Below are positions 18,066-27,651 of a stretch of 64,000 nucleotides of DNA, piece after piece (the stretch's first letter is position 1; each line of letters starts with the position of its first letter). The notes under the pieces were generated by a model. It worked only from the letters and a program-made list of their open reading frames with translations. It was not told where the DNA came from and searched no databases. The translations under genes were made by a program, and so were the position numbers. Source of the stretch: an uncultured Alphaproteobacteria bacterium (lineage in GTDB: Bacteria > Pseudomonadota > Alphaproteobacteria > Rhizobiales > Xanthobacteraceae); assembly GCA_963791375.1 (NCBI GenBank), contig CAWBSI010000028.1, forward strand, positions 102,058-166,057, written 5' to 3'.

Positions 18066-19013
18066 ATGGCGCTCGTCGAAGCACGGGACCTGGTCAAACG
18101 ATTTGGGTCCTTGACCGCGGTCGATGGCATTTCGTTCGCCGTCGAACGCGCGGAGGTGGTGGGCTTTCTCGGCCCCAACGGAGCCGGCAAGTCGACTGCG
18201 ATGAAGATTATCAGCGGGTTCCTGGAGCCGACTTCCGGGGAAGCATATATCGCGGGATACAACAGCCATACCCAGCCGATCGAGGCGCGGCGCCGGCTCG
18301 GCTATCTGCCGGAAGGCGCGCCGGCCTATGCCGATATGAGCGTCGCCGATTTTCTCGGCTTCATCGCCGGCATGCACGGGATGACGAAGCAGCAGGCCAA
18401 TGACCGGCTCGCCGAACTCGTCGAGCGCATCGATCTCGCGGACGTCTGGAACCAGCGCATCGATTCCCTCTCGAAAGGTTATAAGAGGCGCGTCGGCATT
18501 GCCCAGGCGCTGGTGCACGATCCCGACGTGCTGATCCTCGACGAGCCCACCGACGGCCTCGACCCCAACCAGAAGCACGACATGCGCAAGCTGATCCGGG
18601 ATATCGCCTCGCAAAAGGCGATCGTCATATCGACCCATATCCTGGAGGAAGTCGAAGCCGTCTGCACCCGCGCCATCATCATCGCCAAGGGACGGATGCT
18701 GGCCGATGCGACCCCGGCCGAACTGCTGGCGCGGCCCCAGGAAGCGAACGCGTTCGCCCTGACCATCGCCACCGCCGACCCGCGGCGGGCGATCGAGATC
18801 ATCTCCACCCAGCCGGGCATCTCGAAGGTGTACGTCGCCGAACGCGTCAACGGCATCACCCGGCTCCTGGTCCACGCCCCGCAGAGCCGGCCGACGGCGG
18901 CCGAGCTCGCCGGCATCCTCGGCCGTTCCGACATCGCCGTCGCCGAGATGTTCGTCAAACGCGCGAGCCTCGACGACGTGTTCCGCCAGATCACGAACGG
19001 ACCGGAGAACTGA
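18066..19013 (+). CDS. ABC transporter ATP-binding protein (ABC-2 / GldA-like)
   Basis: ATG 18066 lies 8 nt after AGGAG. It has Walker A (GPNGAGKST), signature (LSKGYKRRV) and Walker B (LILDEPTDGLD) motifs. Confidence 0.85.
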   Translation: MALVEARDLVKRFGSLTAVDGISFAVERAEVVGFLGPNGAGKSTAMKIISGFLEPTSGEAYIAGYNSHTQPIEARRRLGYLPEGAPAYADMSVADFLGFIAGMHGMTKQQANDRLAELVERIDLADVWNQRIDSLSKGYKRRVGIAQALVHDPDVLILDEPTDGLDPNQKHDMRKLIRDIASQKAIVISTHILEEVEAVCTRAIIIAKGRMLADATPAELLARPQEANAFALTIATADPRRAIEIISTQPGISKVYVAERVNGITRLLVHAPQSRPTAAELAGILGRSDIAVAEMFVKRASLDDVFRQITNGPEN

Positions 19014-19015
19014 CC

Positions 19016-19750
19016 ATGCGCCCGACCCTGCTCGTTTTCCGGCGGGAATTCGCCGCCTATTTCGCGACGCCGGTCGCGGCCGTGTTCCTGATCGTGTTTC
19101 TCGCGCTGTGCGCCGGCCTCACCTTCTTCATGGGCGGCTTCTTCGATCGCGGCCAGGCCGACCTGTCGGGCTTCTTCTTCTGGCATCCGTGGCTCTTCCT
19201 CGTCCTCATGCCGGCGATCGCCATGCGGCTATGGGCGGAGGAGAGGCGCAGCGGCACCATCGAACTCCTGATGACGCTCCCGGTGCAGCCCTGGCAGATC
19301 GTGCTCGGCAAGTGGCTCGCCGCCTGGGCCTTCGCCGCGCTCGCCCTGGCGCTGACGGTGCCGCTGTGGATCACCGTCAATATCCTCGGCTCGCCCGACA
19401 ACGGCGTGATCCTGGCCTCCTATATCGGCTCATGGCTCATGGCGGGTTCGTTCCTCGCCCTCGCGGCGGCGATCTCCGCGCTGTCGAAGAGCCAGGTGCT
19501 TGCCTTCATCGGGGCCACCGCGGTGAGCTTCCTGTTCGTGATGGCGGGCTTCGACCTCGTCCTCGCGGCGGTGCGCTCCTGGGCGCCGGCCGTAATCGTC
19601 AACGCGGTCCGGTCGATGTCGTTTCTGGGCAATTTCCAGCGCATCACCGAGGGCGTGCTGGAGCTGCCTTCCATCATCTTCTTCGTATCGCTGATCGCGT
19701 TCTGCCTGTGGCTCAATGTGCGCGCCATCGAAGTCAAGAAAGCGGCGTGA
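19016..19750 (+). CDS. ABC-2 type transporter permease (GldF-like)
   Basis: Polytopic 244-aa protein with EERRSGTIELLMTLPV, typical of ABC-2 permeases. It starts 2 nt after the ATPase stop. Confidence 0.8.
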   Translation: MRPTLLVFRREFAAYFATPVAAVFLIVFLALCAGLTFFMGGFFDRGQADLSGFFFWHPWLFLVLMPAIAMRLWAEERRSGTIELLMTLPVQPWQIVLGKWLAAWAFAALALALTVPLWITVNILGSPDNGVILASYIGSWLMAGSFLALAAAISALSKSQVLAFIGATAVSFLFVMAGFDLVLAAVRSWAPAVIVNAVRSMSFLGNFQRITEGVLELPSIIFFVSLIAFCLWLNVRAIEVKKAA

Positions 19751-19759
19751 GGGTTCGAC

Positions 19760-21730
19760 ATGTCCGACCAACCGGGTTCCGATCAAGTGAGTTCCGATCA
19801 GCCGAAGTCCGGGCGACCCGGACTTTCCGCCGGACGCATTGCGGTGATCGCAGCGCTGCTCGGCGCCGTCATCTTCGTCTGCGTCAACATCATCAGCTCG
19901 CAGGTCTTGCGCAGCACGCGCGTCGACCTCACTCAGCAGCACCTCTATTCGCTGAGCCAGGGCACCAAGACGCTGCTCGGTGAGCTCAAGGAGCCGCTGC
20001 GTTTCCGCCTGTTCCTGTCCAGCGCGCTGACCAAGCAGGCGCCGCAGCTCGCGGCTTTCGCGGCGCGGGTGCGCGCCATGCTCGATGCCTATGTCGCCGA
20101 TTCCAATGGGCACATCATCCTCGAGGTCGTCGATCCGCGGCCGTTCTCCGAGGACGAAGACCGCGCCGTCGCATACGGCATCCAATCGTTCCAGGGCGCC
20201 GGCGGGGAAAATTTGTTCTTCGGCCTCGCGGCGACCAACTCGACCACCGGCCGGACCACCATCAGCGTCTTCTCGCCGGACCGCGAGACGTTCCTCGAAT
20301 ACGACCTCACCCGCCTGGTTTCGCATCTCGGAATCCGCGGCAAGCCGGTCGTCGCGGTCATGGACGGCATCGGCCTCACCGGAAATCCGCCGATGCGCGT
20401 CCCCGAGCAGCAGACGCTCAACCAGATGCGCCAGTTCTTCGACGTCAAGATGGTCCCGCAAACCGCCGGCAAGATCCCCGACGACGCACGGGTGCTGATG
20501 GTGGTGCATCCGAAGGGGCTCTCCGACTCCGCGCTCTACGCCATCGATCAATGGGTGCTCGCGGGCAAGCCGGCGATCATCTTCGTCGACCCCTACGCCG
20601 AAAACCAGGTCGGACCGACCGGCATGCCGGCGCAGAATCCGAACTCGAACCTCGAGCCGCTGTTCAAGGCGTGGGGCGTGAAGTTCGACACCGACAAGGT
20701 GGTGGGAGATTCGACCTATTCGCTGCAGACGCAACGCAATATCGGCGGCCGCGCCGTGGTGACGCAGAACCTGCCCTGGCTGGCCTTGCGCGCCGACGCG
20801 CTGGCGCGCGGCGAGGCGATCCTGGCGCAGCTCTCGGCCATCGTTATGACGAACGCCGGCTCGTTCGAGACCACCAAGGACGGCGTCGGCCTGCGGCCGC
20901 TGATCAGCGGGTCCGGCAACGCGGTGTTGATCGACACCGCCGTCGCGACCGACCGCACCGGCGACCCCCGGCGCATGCTGACAGGCTACAAGCGCGTGGA
21001 AAAGCCGCCGGCCCTGGCGGCGCGGCTGACGGGAACGCTCGACAGCGCCTATCCCGACGGGCCTCCGAGCGCCGCTTCCAAGGACCCCGCGGCCGCGGCG
21101 ACGCCCGATAAGGCGGCGGCCGATGCGGCGGCCAAGGGCGAGACGATCAAGCGTTCCGTCAAGCCGATCAACGTCATCCTGGTAGGCGACGTCGACATGC
21201 TGATGGACCGCAACTGGATCCAGCAGCAGACCCTGCTCGGGCAGCAGGTCACCCAGGCCTTCGCCAACAATGGCGATTTCGTCATCAATGCGCTCGAGCA
21301 GATGGCGGGCGGCGCGGCCTTGTCGGACCTGCGCGGACGCGGCGTCTCCTGGCGTCCGTTCGAGCTCATCCAGCAGATGGAGGCGGAGGCCGATCAGCGG
21401 TACCGCGCCAAGGAGCAGCAGCTCACCCAGCAGCTCAAGGATACCGAGCAGAAGCTCTCCAAGATGCCGCGCTCGCCCGAGGGCACCGTCGACGTGCTCA
21501 CCCCGGATCAGTTGCAGGCGATCGAGGGGTTCCGCGCGCAACTGATCTCGATACGTTCCGAGTTGCGCGACGTGCAGTTCGCCTTGCGCCGCAACGTCGA
21601 CGATCTCAAGAACTGGGTCACGGCCGTGAACGTGGCCGTGGTGCCGCTGATCGTGGCGATCATCGCATTGATATTCGCAATGCGCCGGCCGCGACGGCCG
21701 GTGCCGGTGAAGGAAGGACGCCAGTCATGA
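19760..21730 (+). CDS. GldG-like ABC transporter auxiliary component
   Basis: 656 aa with an N-terminal TM (IAVIAALLGAVIFVCVNII), a large soluble region and a C-terminal TM (AVNVAVVPLIVAIIALIFA). Architecture and gene order match GldA/F/G-type systems. Confidence 0.65.
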   Translation: MSDQPGSDQVSSDQPKSGRPGLSAGRIAVIAALLGAVIFVCVNIISSQVLRSTRVDLTQQHLYSLSQGTKTLLGELKEPLRFRLFLSSALTKQAPQLAAFAARVRAMLDAYVADSNGHIILEVVDPRPFSEDEDRAVAYGIQSFQGAGGENLFFGLAATNSTTGRTTISVFSPDRETFLEYDLTRLVSHLGIRGKPVVAVMDGIGLTGNPPMRVPEQQTLNQMRQFFDVKMVPQTAGKIPDDARVLMVVHPKGLSDSALYAIDQWVLAGKPAIIFVDPYAENQVGPTGMPAQNPNSNLEPLFKAWGVKFDTDKVVGDSTYSLQTQRNIGGRAVVTQNLPWLALRADALARGEAILAQLSAIVMTNAGSFETTKDGVGLRPLISGSGNAVLIDTAVATDRTGDPRRMLTGYKRVEKPPALAARLTGTLDSAYPDGPPSAASKDPAAAATPDKAAADAAAKGETIKRSVKPINVILVGDVDMLMDRNWIQQQTLLGQQVTQAFANNGDFVINALEQMAGGAALSDLRGRGVSWRPFELIQQMEAEADQRYRAKEQQLTQQLKDTEQKLSKMPRSPEGTVDVLTPDQLQAIEGFRAQLISIRSELRDVQFALRRNVDDLKNWVTAVNVAVVPLIVAIIALIFAMRRPRRPVPVKEGRQS

Positions 21731-22857
21731 ACGCGAGGCAACTCATCGTTCTTGCGGGGCTCGCGATCGTCAGCGTCGTCGCTACGGCGGCGGTGATGCG
21801 AACCACCGCCACCACCGTCGCATCCGACCGTCGCGGCGAGGTCGTCGTGCCGGCGATGCGCACGAGGGCAAACGAGATCACCAGCGTCACGGTGCGCGAC
21901 GGCGCCAACACCCTTGCGATCGAGCGGCGCGACAACGGCTTCGTCGCCTCCGATTCCGGATTTCCGGTCAAGATCGACATGTTGCGCGACGCCGTGGCTT
22001 CGATCGCGGAGCTCACCTTCGATGAGGCGCGCACCGCCGATCCCACCCGTTACGGCGATCTCGGGCTCGCCGAATCCGGCAGCGAGAATGTCGGCAAGGA
22101 ACTGGTCTTCCGCGGCGCCAATGGCGACATCGCAGATATCTTCGTCGGCAACCGCGATACGACCGTGGGGATCGCCGGCGGCGGGCAATTCGTCCGCCTC
22201 AAGGGCCAACCGCAAACCTGGCTGGCGCGGGGATCCGTCCGGCTGCCGTCGAGCCAGACGGCCTGGTACATTCCCCTCGATTTCGACGTAAAGCGCTCCG
22301 AGATCAAAAGGCTCCAGCTCGCCGGCGGTGGCCGCGACGGGGTGACTGCACACGCGAACCCGGAGCAGCCCGGCGACTTTACCTTGGAGAACGCGCCGGA
22401 AGACCGTACGCCGGATTCATTCAAAGTATCGCGGCTCGCCACCCCCTTCGATGCCTTCGCCTTCCAGGAGGTCCGCCGTCGCACCGGGCCTGCGCCCGCC
22501 GACGCACGGCGCCTCGTCGCGGAGACCGACGACGGGGTGCGACTGACGTTGACGAGCATCGGCCAGCTTCCCGACGGCTGGGTGCAGGTTACGGCGGAAG
22601 CGATGAATGACGGAAAGCCCGACAAGGCGAGCGCGATCACAGCCAAGACGGAGGGCTTCGAGTTCCGTCTGCCCAGCCAGCAGCTCGAATTGCTCGGTTG
22701 GACCGTCAGCGATCTGACGATCCCGCGGCCGCAGGGCGAGCCCAAGCAAGACGACGTTGACACCAAGCAGGGTGACGGCGACCTCAAGCAAGGCGACGGC
22801 GACACCAAGCAGGGCGACGGCGACCTCAAGCAAGGCGGCGGTGATCACAAGCCATGA
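21727..22857 (+). CDS. DUF4340-like protein with a C-terminal KQGDGD heptad tail
   Basis: It overlaps the gldG-like stop (ATGA) and has an N-terminal TM (LIVLAGLAIVSVVATAAV). Position after GldG is typical of DUF4340, but the family assignment is from memory. Confidence 0.5.
   Translation: MNARQLIVLAGLAIVSVVATAAVMRTTATTVASDRRGEVVVPAMRTRANEITSVTVRDGANTLAIERRDNGFVASDSGFPVKIDMLRDAVASIAELTFDEARTADPTRYGDLGLAESGSENVGKELVFRGANGDIADIFVGNRDTTVGIAGGGQFVRLKGQPQTWLARGSVRLPSSQTAWYIPLDFDVKRSEIKRLQLAGGGRDGVTAHANPEQPGDFTLENAPEDRTPDSFKVSRLATPFDAFAFQEVRRRTGPAPADARRLVAETDDGVRLTLTSIGQLPDGWVQVTAEAMNDGKPDKASAITAKTEGFEFRLPSQQLELLGWTVSDLTIPRPQGEPKQDDVDTKQGDGDLKQGDGDTKQGDGDLKQGGGDHKP
22744..22848 (+). repeat. in-frame 21-nt tandem repeat x5 (KQDDVDT KQGDGDL KQGDGDT KQGDGDL KQGGGDH)
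   Basis: Read directly from 22744-22848 in the frame of CDS 21727-22857. Confidence 0.9.
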
Positions 22858-22890
22858 CAGGCGGCCAACGTCCGGTCGCATCGCGCCCGA

Positions 22891-24306
22891 CTATCGCTGC
22901 TTCTCCGGCGCAGGCCGTTCGCGCAGGACCGCGCCGGCATGGGCCGGCAGGCGCCGGAACTCGATGACGCCGGCCAGGCCGACGAGGCCGACGACGAAGA
23001 ACGCGACGTGAAAATCGCCGACCGTGACCCCGGTCGAATCCGGATGCACGAAGCCCGCGACGCGAAGCGCGATGGCGCCGATCGCGACTCCCAGCGCGTT
23101 TCCCACCTGCTGCATCATGCTGAAGAGCGTATTGGCGCCGCTCATGCGCTCCTGGGACAGTTCCGAAAAGCTCAGCGCATTGACGGTGGTGAATTGCATC
23201 GAGCGCGACAGGCCGCTGACGAACAGGACGGCGACGATGAGCACTTTCGGGGTGTCCGGCGTCATCAGCCCGCACGCCATGATGGTGGCCATCGCCAGGC
23301 TGCCGTTGACCAGCAGGGTGCGGCGGAAGCCGAAGGTCTTGAGGACGGAGCTCGTCGCCGGCTTCATTCCGAGATTTCCGGCGAACACCGCGAGCAGCAG
23401 CAATCCGGAAGCCAGGGGATCGAGGCCGAAGGCGAGCTGGAACATCAGCGGCAGCAGGAACGGTGCGGCACTGATGGCGGTGCGGATCAAGAGGCCGCCG
23501 CGCACCGTGATCGCGAAGGTCGGCAGCGCGAACGGGGTGAGATCGAGCAGCGGGTGGGTCGCGCGCCGCGCATGGCGAATGCCGTAGATGCCGGCGCAGA
23601 CGCTCGCGGCCAGCAACGGGGCGGTGATGCGCCAGTCGATCCGATTGCGCGCAATGGATTCGAGGCTGTACATCAGGCCGAAGCTCGCAAAGCCGGTGAC
23701 CAGAAAGCCCCTCCAGTCGAACGGCCCGGTGGCCGCACCGCGTGAGTTCGGGATCAGGATCAGCGCCAGCGCGAGGCCGACGATCCCGAGGGGAACATTG
23801 AGCAGGAAAATCCACGGCCACGAGCTGTAGGTCGTGATGAACCCGCCGAGCGGCGGGCCGATCACCGGCGCGGTCAAGGCCGGCCAGGTGAGAAAGGCGA
23901 TGGTCCGGATCAGATCCTGCTTTTCGGTGTTGCGCAACACGATCAGGCGGCCGACCGGAACCATCATCGCGCCGCCGACGCCCTGAAAGATTCGCGCTGC
24001 CGTGAACGCCGGCAGGCTGCCGCTGGCGGCGCAGACGACCGAGGCGACGGTGAAGATCGCGATCGCGCAAGCGAACACGACGCGGGCCCCGAACCGGTCG
24101 GTGACCCAGCCGCTGGCCGGAATGAAGACGGCGACGGTCAGGAGATAGGCAGAAATGCCGATGTTGAGATCGACCGGAGCGACCCCGAACGTCAACGCCA
24201 TCTGCGGCAGCGCCGTCGCGATCACGGTGCCGTCGAGTTGCTCCATGAACAGCGCGCCGGCGACCAGGAGCGCGATGACCGAGCTTTGCCGGGCAGGAAT
24301 TTCCAT
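22891..24306 (-). CDS. MFS transporter (DHA2/EmrB-like, 14-TM drug:H+ antiporter type)
   Basis: ATG 24306 gives MEIPARQSSVIALLVAGALFMEQLDGTVIATALP...WVTDRFGARVVF...FQGVGGAMMVP, motifs characteristic of DHA2. Confidence 0.8.
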   Translation of the reverse strand: MEIPARQSSVIALLVAGALFMEQLDGTVIATALPQMALTFGVAPVDLNIGISAYLLTVAVFIPASGWVTDRFGARVVFACAIAIFTVASVVCAASGSLPAFTAARIFQGVGGAMMVPVGRLIVLRNTEKQDLIRTIAFLTWPALTAPVIGPPLGGFITTYSSWPWIFLLNVPLGIVGLALALILIPNSRGAATGPFDWRGFLVTGFASFGLMYSLESIARNRIDWRITAPLLAASVCAGIYGIRHARRATHPLLDLTPFALPTFAITVRGGLLIRTAISAAPFLLPLMFQLAFGLDPLASGLLLLAVFAGNLGMKPATSSVLKTFGFRRTLLVNGSLAMATIMACGLMTPDTPKVLIVAVLFVSGLSRSMQFTTVNALSFSELSQERMSGANTLFSMMQQVGNALGVAIGAIALRVAGFVHPDSTGVTVGDFHVAFFVVGLVGLAGVIEFRRLPAHAGAVLRERPAPEKQR

Positions 24307-24403
24307 GGAGGGAAGCTGGTCGCGAAGGCTCTCAGGGAGCCGCCGCCATGAAACAGCGCAGGATGGCGGGGAAGTCAACGGCAGGCAAGGCAACGGCGCC
24401 AAG

Positions 24404-25552
24404 TCAATCGACGCGATCCCTGTGCTCAGCGGCAGCGGTCACTTCCCTCTTCTCGATGCCAGGCTTGCCGCCGCGCGGCCCTGTGCCGCCCAGAAACAAG
24501 GTCGCTTCCCAATACGCCATGATCAGCAGGGCGATGACGAAGGGGATCATGAAATAGACCACGCGGTAGATGATGAGCGCGGCGACCATTTCCTCCTTGC
24601 CCACATCGGGCAGCGCGACGAGCATGGCGGCATCGAACACACCGAGCGAGCCCGGCGCATGGCTCGCAAATCCCAGCAGCGTCGCGGAGACGCAGGCGAT
24701 CGCCACGGTGATGAAGTCGTCGCCCGGCACGGACGGGACCAGGCTGTACATGGCGAGCGAAGAGAAGGTGAGATCGGCGAGCCCGATGCCCACCTGGACG
24801 AGGGTCGAGAGGCCGCCCGGCAGCCGGACGTGCCAGCCGTTGCGGCCGAACGAGCGCGGCTTGCGCCACACCCACGCGATGTAGGCGGAAAGCACGACCA
24901 GCGCGATGATCCCGATGGCGCGAACCGCGCCGGGGGAAATCTGCAGGATGAGGCTCGACACCTCCGGGCGATATGCCATCCCCGATCCGAGCACGACGAG
25001 GTTGCCGATCCAGAAGGTGAGCCCGGTCAGAAAGCAGATTTTCGCCACATCGATGACGCCAAGGCCGAAATACGAATAGATGCGCAGGCGGACGGCGCCG
25101 CCCGAAAACGCGGTGGCGCCGATGTTGTGACCGATGGCATAGCTCGTGAAGCTCGCCAGCGCCGCGATCCGATACGGCACGTGATTGGCGCCGATCACCC
25201 GCAGCGCGAAGAAATCGTAAAAGGTCAGCGTGGCATAGGCGCAGGCGATGAAGAATATGGCGGAAGCGATGCTGCGCGGCGGCGTCGCGCGCGCCGCCGC
25301 CAACACCCGCGACGGCTCGATATCCCGCAGAAGATGGCTCAACACATAGAGCGATATGCCGACGATCCCAAGGCCGAGGGCAAAGCCGATCCAGTTCCAG
25401 CCGAAGCGGGCGCCGAACGCCTCCGCCAGGCTCCGTAACCGCTTAAGCAATCGCCCCCTCCTTGCGACAGGCGCCAACGCCCCATCCGACGGGACGGCAT
25501 CCGTGTTTGCGCGCACCGGCGGCGCGCTGCGAATCGACCGTCGATCTTGCAT
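24404..25552 (-). CDS. YbhN/UPF0104 family membrane protein (lysyl-phosphatidylglycerol synthase transmembrane/flippase-like domain)
   Basis: Polytopic protein with ...FYDFFALRVIGANHVPYRIAALASFTSYAIGHNIGATAFSGGAVRLRIY..., the family core. The start is uncertain (ATG 25552, track start 25600, or a GTG further in). Confidence 0.65.
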   Translation of the reverse strand: MQDRRSIRSAPPVRANTDAVPSDGALAPVARRGRLLKRLRSLAEAFGARFGWNWIGFALGLGIVGISLYVLSHLLRDIEPSRVLAAARATPPRSIASAIFFIACAYATLTFYDFFALRVIGANHVPYRIAALASFTSYAIGHNIGATAFSGGAVRLRIYSYFGLGVIDVAKICFLTGLTFWIGNLVVLGSGMAYRPEVSSLILQISPGAVRAIGIIALVVLSAYIAWVWRKPRSFGRNGWHVRLPGGLSTLVQVGIGLADLTFSSLAMYSLVPSVPGDDFITVAIACVSATLLGFASHAPGSLGVFDAAMLVALPDVGKEEMVAALIIYRVVYFMIPFVIALLIMAYWEATLFLGGTGPRGGKPGIEKREVTAAAEHRDRVD

Positions 25553-25656
25553 CCCGGGAAACGACAGGATTGCGACACGGGCGTCATGGAGATGACGCAA
25601 GAATCGGACAAATTGCCGTCGAGCTTATATTTTTGACCGCAAGCCATGGTCACGAC

Positions 25657-26445
25657 GTGCAGCAGACCGAGCCCGCTCCGTATCGCACCGTTTTCATTTC
25701 AGACGTACATCTGGGGGCCAAGACGTGCCAGGCCGAGCGGCTTCTCGCCTTGCTGCGCGACCTCGAGGCCGACGCCATCTATCTCGTCGGCGACATCGTC
25801 GACGGCTGGCAGTTGAAGACCGGTTGGTATTGGCCGCAGCCCCACAACGACGTGGTCCAGAAGCTGCTGCGCAAGGCCCGCAAGGGAACTCGCCTCGTCT
25901 ACGTTCCCGGCAATCATGACGAGTTCCTGCGGAACTACTTCGGCACCCATTTCGGCGGCATCGAGGTGGTGGCCGATGCCGTGCACGTCACGGCCGACGG
26001 CAGGCGCTATCTCGTTACCCATGGCGACCGCTTCGATCTCGTCGTGAAGCACGCGCGGTGGCTGTCGCTGTTCGGCGATCAGGCCAACGTGCTCGCCATC
26101 ACCATCAACAAGGTGACCAACTGGTTTCGCCGCCGTTTCGGCCTCGGCTACTGGTCGCTGTCGGGCTGGGCCAAGCTCAAGGTCAAGAAGGCCGTCAACT
26201 ACATCGGCGATTTCGAGCAGGCGCTCGCGGCGGAGGCGCGCCGCCACCGCTGCGACGGCGTCATCTGCGGCCACATCCACCATCCCGCCAACCGCGACAT
26301 CGGCGGCGTGCGCTACGTCAATTGCGGCGACTGGGTCGAGAGCTGCACCGTCGTGGTCGAAAGGTCGAACGGCGAAATCGAGGTCCTGTGGACCCCGCCG
26401 GCGGAGGAGTTCTCTCCCGTCGCCCAGAGGGCGCGAGCGGCCTGA
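25657..26445 (+). CDS. plcP: LpxH-family metallophosphoesterase, PlcP-like phospholipase C (lipid remodelling)
   Basis: It has calcineurin-type motifs FISDVHLG, GDIVDGW, GNHDE, THGD and GHIH, plus WYWPQPHNDVVQKLLRKARKGT, which I associate with the PlcP subgroup. The GTG 25657 start is tentative. Confidence 0.6.
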   Translation: MQQTEPAPYRTVFISDVHLGAKTCQAERLLALLRDLEADAIYLVGDIVDGWQLKTGWYWPQPHNDVVQKLLRKARKGTRLVYVPGNHDEFLRNYFGTHFGGIEVVADAVHVTADGRRYLVTHGDRFDLVVKHARWLSLFGDQANVLAITINKVTNWFRRRFGLGYWSLSGWAKLKVKKAVNYIGDFEQALAAEARRHRCDGVICGHIHHPANRDIGGVRYVNCGDWVESCTVVVERSNGEIEVLWTPPAEEFSPVAQRARAA

Positions 26446-27512
26446 TGCGGATCCTCATCGCCACCGATGCATGGCGGCCCCAGGTCAACGGAGTCGTCCA
26501 CACGCTGGAGGCGAATGCGCAGGCGGCGAAGGCGCTCGGCGCCGATGTCGTTTTCCTCAATCCGGAAGGGTTTCCGAGCGTGGGCCTGCCGAGCTATCCG
26601 GGCATCCGGCTGGCGTTGCCGAGCCGGCGCGAAATTTTCCGCCGCATCGCCGACATCCGTCCGGACGCAATCCACATCGCGACCGAGGGGCCGATCGGCC
26701 ATTTCGCACGCTGGTATTGCACGACCAACCAGCGCCCGTTCACGACGAGCTTCCACACTCGTTTCACCGACTACGCCGCCGCGCGGTTTCCCGTCCCGGA
26801 GGGCTGGACGTGGGCGTGGCTGCGCTGGTTCCACAACGCAGGGCGCGGCACCATGGTCTCCACCGCCTCGCTCGCCGAAGAGCTGCACCTGCAGGGTTTT
26901 CGCACCGTTTTGCGATGGCCGCGCGGCGTCGATTCCCGCCTGTTCCATCCCGATCGCGCCGGCGATCTCGGCCTGCCCCGCCCGATCTTTCTCGCGGTGG
27001 GCCGCCTCGCCGTCGAAAAGAACGTCGAGGCGTTCCTCGCACTCGACCTGCCCGGCAGCAAGGTCGTGGTCGGCGACGGGCCGGCCCGCGAAACGCTGGC
27101 GCGACGATTTCCCGACGCGACCTTCCTCGGCACCAGGCGCGGCGCCGAGCTCGCGTCGATCTACGCGGCCGCCGACGTCTTCGTGTTTCCGAGCCGCACC
27201 GACACCTTCGGCCTCGTGCTGCTGGAAGCGCTGGCGAGCGGACTGCCGATCGCGGGCTTCCCGGTCGCCGCGACCCGCGACGTGGTCGGCACCGCGCCGG
27301 TCGCCGCGCTCGACGAGGATCTGCGGTCCGCCTGCCTGACCGCGTTGACCATTCCCCGCGCCGCCTGCCGCCATTATGCCGAGACGGCGACGTGGGAGGA
27401 GAGCGCGCGCTGTTTCATCGGCAATCTCGTGCGCATGCCCGATCTTGCGGTGACGACGGCAGCCAAGTCCGCGCCGCGCCTGCTCGAACCGGCCGCATGG
27501 CCGGGAGAATGA
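26445..27512 (+). CDS. GT4-family glycosyltransferase, Agt-like (candidate glucosyl/glucuronosyl-diacylglycerol synthase)
   Basis: ATG 26445 overlaps the plcP-like stop (TGATG). N-terminus MRILIATDAWRPQVNGVV, plus VGRLAVEKN and FPSRTDTFGLVLLEALASGLP (E-x7-E region). Confidence 0.6.
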   Translation: MRILIATDAWRPQVNGVVHTLEANAQAAKALGADVVFLNPEGFPSVGLPSYPGIRLALPSRREIFRRIADIRPDAIHIATEGPIGHFARWYCTTNQRPFTTSFHTRFTDYAAARFPVPEGWTWAWLRWFHNAGRGTMVSTASLAEELHLQGFRTVLRWPRGVDSRLFHPDRAGDLGLPRPIFLAVGRLAVEKNVEAFLALDLPGSKVVVGDGPARETLARRFPDATFLGTRRGAELASIYAAADVFVFPSRTDTFGLVLLEALASGLPIAGFPVAATRDVVGTAPVAALDEDLRSACLTALTIPRAACRHYAETATWEESARCFIGNLVRMPDLAVTTAAKSAPRLLEPAAWPGE

Positions 27513-27537
27513 TCGGGCTGCGGCGCAAATTAAATTT

Positions 27538-27646
27538 GTCATCCGGGGCGACGCGAAGCGTCGAACCCGGAATCCAGGCGGCCTCACCCTAACGTGCCGC
27601 AGACTGGATTCCGGGTTCGCGCGAAAGGCGCGCGCCCCGGAATGAC
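27538..27646. repeat. REP-type two-armed palindromic element, family 2 (GTCATYCGGGGCG...CCCGGAATCCAG)
   Basis: Arm 27538-27577 is approximately the reverse complement of arm 27604-27646, and each arm holds its own hairpin. It lies between the convergent agt-like and phoD genes. Confidence 0.8.
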
Positions 27647-27651
27647 GGCAC

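Noticed and set aside
19430-21541. 703-aa minus-strand ORF
   Set aside because: It is antisense to the GldG-like and permease genes, and its composition is an Arg/Gly/Asp-rich shadow with no motifs.
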